A stretch of DNA of 56,564 nt, from positions 1 to 56,564 of the forward strand of contig JBAZOC010000003.1 in NCBI GenBank assembly GCA_041648915.1, in the 5' to 3' direction. Below are positions 54,223 through 56,564 of this stretch, piece by piece. A program made the translations under genes and the position numbers. The stretch's first letter is position 1, and each line of letters begins with the position of its first letter. A model generated the notes under the pieces. That model did no database searches. It worked only from the letters and a program-made list of their open reading frames with translations, and had not been told where the DNA came from. The stretch is from Candidatus Omnitrophota bacterium (GTDB taxonomy: Bacteria; Omnitrophota; Gorgyraeia; Gygaellales; Profunditerraquicolaceae).

Positions 54223-55401
54223 TTAAAAATAATCAAACAACCGCCCGCTTATTAAATTCTCCAGGAAAATCTTGCTGTTTTTTATCCTTTTATCCAGATA
54301 CTTATGGTCTATAGTCATGACCCGAGCGGCGATCTTATGGCAATAAGTGCATTGCTGGCCGCACATAAAATTGCATTTTTCTTCCCAAAAATAATCCAGG
54401 AAGCCGTCCAGGCCCCGATTATCAATATATATCCCTTCCTCCTTAAAGACATTGCGCGCCTGCAGCAGGATAAACAGGTTAATATGCTCGGGCCGCAGGA
54501 AGTATTTAAAAATAGGCTTTATTTTCTTATAGTTAAAAAATCTTTTTTTGGTATTCGGCAGTAAATCCAGTAAATTTCCATCATAGTGCTTTTTCTTATA
54601 GGCGTTAAATATTAGGTGGATCTTTTCCGAATCCATCTCCCTTCCGACTAATTTAAGCCAATGGATGCCTGTTTCTTCATAGTAATGCACGTCTTCAGGC
54701 CTAATCCAAAGGCTCTTGATTAATTCTACCGGATCGTTTAAACGTATATGATTGCACTTGAGCGTATAGTAGTCGATTAAATAGCCTTTAAGTATGTGCT
54801 GCGATTGAGAGCTATGCGCATTCAAATTACTATGGCAATGGTAAGCAGGGCATCCCAGCAGGCATTTTAAATTAGCAATCAATTGTAAATCGCATTTTAT
54901 CCTGCCCTGAATTTTCCTAAGCAGCTTAAAATCCCTGTTAGCATCCAGCACAGAAAGAGTTATTTTATCAACGCCGATTTCATCCCATCGTCTTATCTGG
55001 AATGCATTGTTGATATTATCCTGGACCGAAACGTAAATATGCAGCCCCGGAGCGCGCTCCCTTATCAGGCGGTAAAGGTAGGCAGAAGAAATTGTAACAG
55101 AGTCAACCTCCGCCGAAACAAGCCAATCCAACATCTTTAAAATATTATTTTTTTGTGATTGCAGGTATTGTATGTCACCCAGGCATGTGCCATTGAGAAG
55201 GTAATTGAATTTGAGCCCTTTTTGATGCGCACTAAGGATATGGCGCTCGGCCCTCTTTAAGGAAACTTGGGGCAGGATTGCCGATGCGCGGCCGCCGCCG
55301 ATTATATCATTGTTCAATTTTCCGTATAATTCCGAACCCTGGCAGCCAATTAATCCGTCAATTAAATTATCCTGCCAGTTCGTCGGTATCGAATATCTCA
55401 T
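54223..55401 (-). CDS. U32-family protein
   Basis: 392 aa. N-terminal MRYSIPTNWQDNL parallels MEFSVPTNWQEEL of 29458..30642. EVDSVTISSAYLYRLIRERAPGLHIYVSVQ; LQLIANLKCLLGC. C-terminal CNFMCGQQCTYC. Confidence 0.7.
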   Translation of the reverse strand: MRYSIPTNWQDNLIDGLIGCQGSELYGKLNNDIIGGGRASAILPQVSLKRAERHILSAHQKGLKFNYLLNGTCLGDIQYLQSQKNNILKMLDWLVSAEVDSVTISSAYLYRLIRERAPGLHIYVSVQDNINNAFQIRRWDEIGVDKITLSVLDANRDFKLLRKIQGRIKCDLQLIANLKCLLGCPAYHCHSNLNAHSSQSQHILKGYLIDYYTLKCNHIRLNDPVELIKSLWIRPEDVHYYEETGIHWLKLVGREMDSEKIHLIFNAYKKKHYDGNLLDLLPNTKKRFFNYKKIKPIFKYFLRPEHINLFILLQARNVFKEEGIYIDNRGLDGFLDYFWEEKCNFMCGQQCTYCHKIAARVMTIDHKYLDKRIKNSKIFLENLISGRLFDYF

Positions 55402-56558
55402 ATTTTATATAACTTAGGCATCCTATTTATAATCCGTATAGTCTTATCGCAATCAAAACCAACTGTCCGGGCGTACCATTCTAAAGTTGCAATCCGCGGC
55501 TTATTCTCATTCTCTGTAATCTTAAGGGCCTGCTCCCGCGAAAGCAGGCCTTCCCTGACCTGGCAGCTGCGGAAAGTATCATTTTCAGTGAAACCGGCAA
55601 CCGCCATATAGATATAATTGTAGAATGCCGAGGTCCCGTCATCAATTCTCCAGGTAAGGCAGGTATCGGTCGGGACTTCCCAGGCATACTCCTCGATTAG
55701 CGTTTTAGTTATTGCCTGTTCATCCCATTTTATAAAATGATACAGGAAGATATCGTAATAATCCCGCTTAAGAAAAAACAGAGAAAGATACCCCAGGAAG
55801 GTATCGATTAATGCGCTATGGATAAATCCCGGATTCTGCACAAACCGTTGCGCATAGTATAGCCCTAATTTAACCTTATTACGCAGCGAGATATCGCAAT
55901 ATATCATCGGGGACTCTAAAGTAACGTTGCTAAAACCTGTTTTAAAAAGGCTGTCCTCAAAGGTGTTACCTAAACCATGAAACATCAATTTAATATGCGC
56001 CTGCCTCTTTACTCTCCGGGCATAATAGATAGCCTGTTTATCCCCTGACATAAATATCGGAACCAACCCCAGCTCCGGGCTTTTTAACCAGGCCTCCACG
56101 TTCCTTCTTATGTTCCGGCGCTTTTTATTAACGTCGGCCTTAATGACGATCCGGTCTATCCCCAGCGCGCTGCACATCTTAACCTGGTTCCTGCGCGCTA
56201 TATCCGTAGCCATACCCCAATCATAAGTATAGGCAAGGGGATTTAAATGCAATACTCTCTTCACATAATGTAAAGCAAACGAACTATCCCTGCCTCCGCT
56301 TAATGCTACGATACAATTATTCTTGGCGTTACTGTTGCGAAATGGCGCAATAATTTTTTCTAACTCTTTTTCGCCTTTGACGCTGGCCTTTAAATATCTT
56401 TTACAATAATTACAGACGCCCCTTGCGTCATAAGCGATATAGGGCGTGGTCTCCGGGAGCAGACAGCTGCTACAGCGCCTTATTCCGTTTTTAGCATAGA
56501 GATTTTTCCAGGTCTCCAGCATTACCTCCCTAGTATCATCTTTTAACTTATAGGACAT
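55398..56558 (-). CDS. N-acetyl sugar amidotransferase (PP-loop ATP pyrophosphatase; WbpG/PseA/LfnA-like)
   Basis: 386 aa. N-terminal Cys knuckles CSSC...CNYC, then the PP-loop ALSGGRDSS. ATGA overlap with the next gene at 55398..55401. Confidence 0.8.
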   Translation of the reverse strand: MSYKLKDDTREVMLETWKNLYAKNGIRRCSSCLLPETTPYIAYDARGVCNYCKRYLKASVKGEKELEKIIAPFRNSNAKNNCIVALSGGRDSSFALHYVKRVLHLNPLAYTYDWGMATDIARRNQVKMCSALGIDRIVIKADVNKKRRNIRRNVEAWLKSPELGLVPIFMSGDKQAIYYARRVKRQAHIKLMFHGLGNTFEDSLFKTGFSNVTLESPMIYCDISLRNKVKLGLYYAQRFVQNPGFIHSALIDTFLGYLSLFFLKRDYYDIFLYHFIKWDEQAITKTLIEEYAWEVPTDTCLTWRIDDGTSAFYNYIYMAVAGFTENDTFRSCQVREGLLSREQALKITENENKPRIATLEWYARTVGFDCDKTIRIINRMPKLYKI

Positions 56559-56564
56559 GCGCCT

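Noticed and set aside
29458-55401. Calling the three U32 proteins collagenase-type peptidases
   Set aside because: The family name is historical. Characterised members with conserved Cys clusters are Fe-S hydroxylase-type enzymes, and nothing in this context suggests proteolysis. They are reported as U32-family proteins only.
5598-55687. Same-strand alternative-frame ORFs nested in genes (5598..5807, 10704..10901, 12354..12548, 14755..14940, 22998..23198, 55481..55687)
   Set aside because: They are nested out of frame in well-supported CDSs and have no start context or motifs.
1-56564. CRISPR arrays, transposases, integrases, phage genes and toxin-antitoxin or other defence systems
   Set aside because: I found no regularly spaced direct repeats, and no DDE, serine or tyrosine recombinase motifs in any ORF. 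The tRNAs at the left edge alone do not justify calling a genomic island or mobile element.

Overview
This is a gene-dense window with about 47 protein-coding loci and 2 tRNAs, almost all on the minus strand. It looks bacterial: it has tadA, Shine-Dalgarno-led starts, and many ATGA/TAATG-coupled gene junctions. The left edge (1-2.2 kb) holds a tightly packed tRNA-Ser(GCU) - tadA - tRNA-Arg(ACG) unit. Next to it is an orphan type II/IV-secretion-family ATPase with its own near-consensus promoter. From about 2.3 kb to the right edge lies one continuous accessory supercluster of about 45 loci. By motif reading, 21 of these are radical-SAM enzymes: 10 B12-binding-domain type, 9 SPASM/twitch-like or related, 1 HemN-like and 1 non-canonical. 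They are interleaved with 6 GT-C (ArnT/PMT-like) membrane glycosyltransferases and 3 GT2 enzymes. Also present are a DegT-type aminotransferase, 2 SDR epimerase/dehydratases, a PP-loop N-acetyl-sugar amidotransferase, 3 U32-family paralogs, a class I methyltransferase and a secreted TPR protein. A translationally coupled ABC-ATPase / G3E-GTPase / Fe-S-domain module is also part of the cluster. The sub-modules I consider most interesting are these. (i) A Tes/GDGT-MAS-like radical SAM sits beside a UbiA-like membrane protein and a B12-radical SAM. (ii) A putative cofactor-loading module. (iii) An arnB/A/C/T-like block. (iv) A tandem U32 pair reminiscent of UbiU/UbiV. (v) A four-member radical-SAM paralog family, one copy of which is interrupted at a U UUU UUU slippery run. 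I saw no CRISPR array, transposase, integrase, rRNA, precursor peptide, flippase/polymerase or regulator gene. All family assignments come from motif and architecture reading of the supplied translations. No database search was possible.
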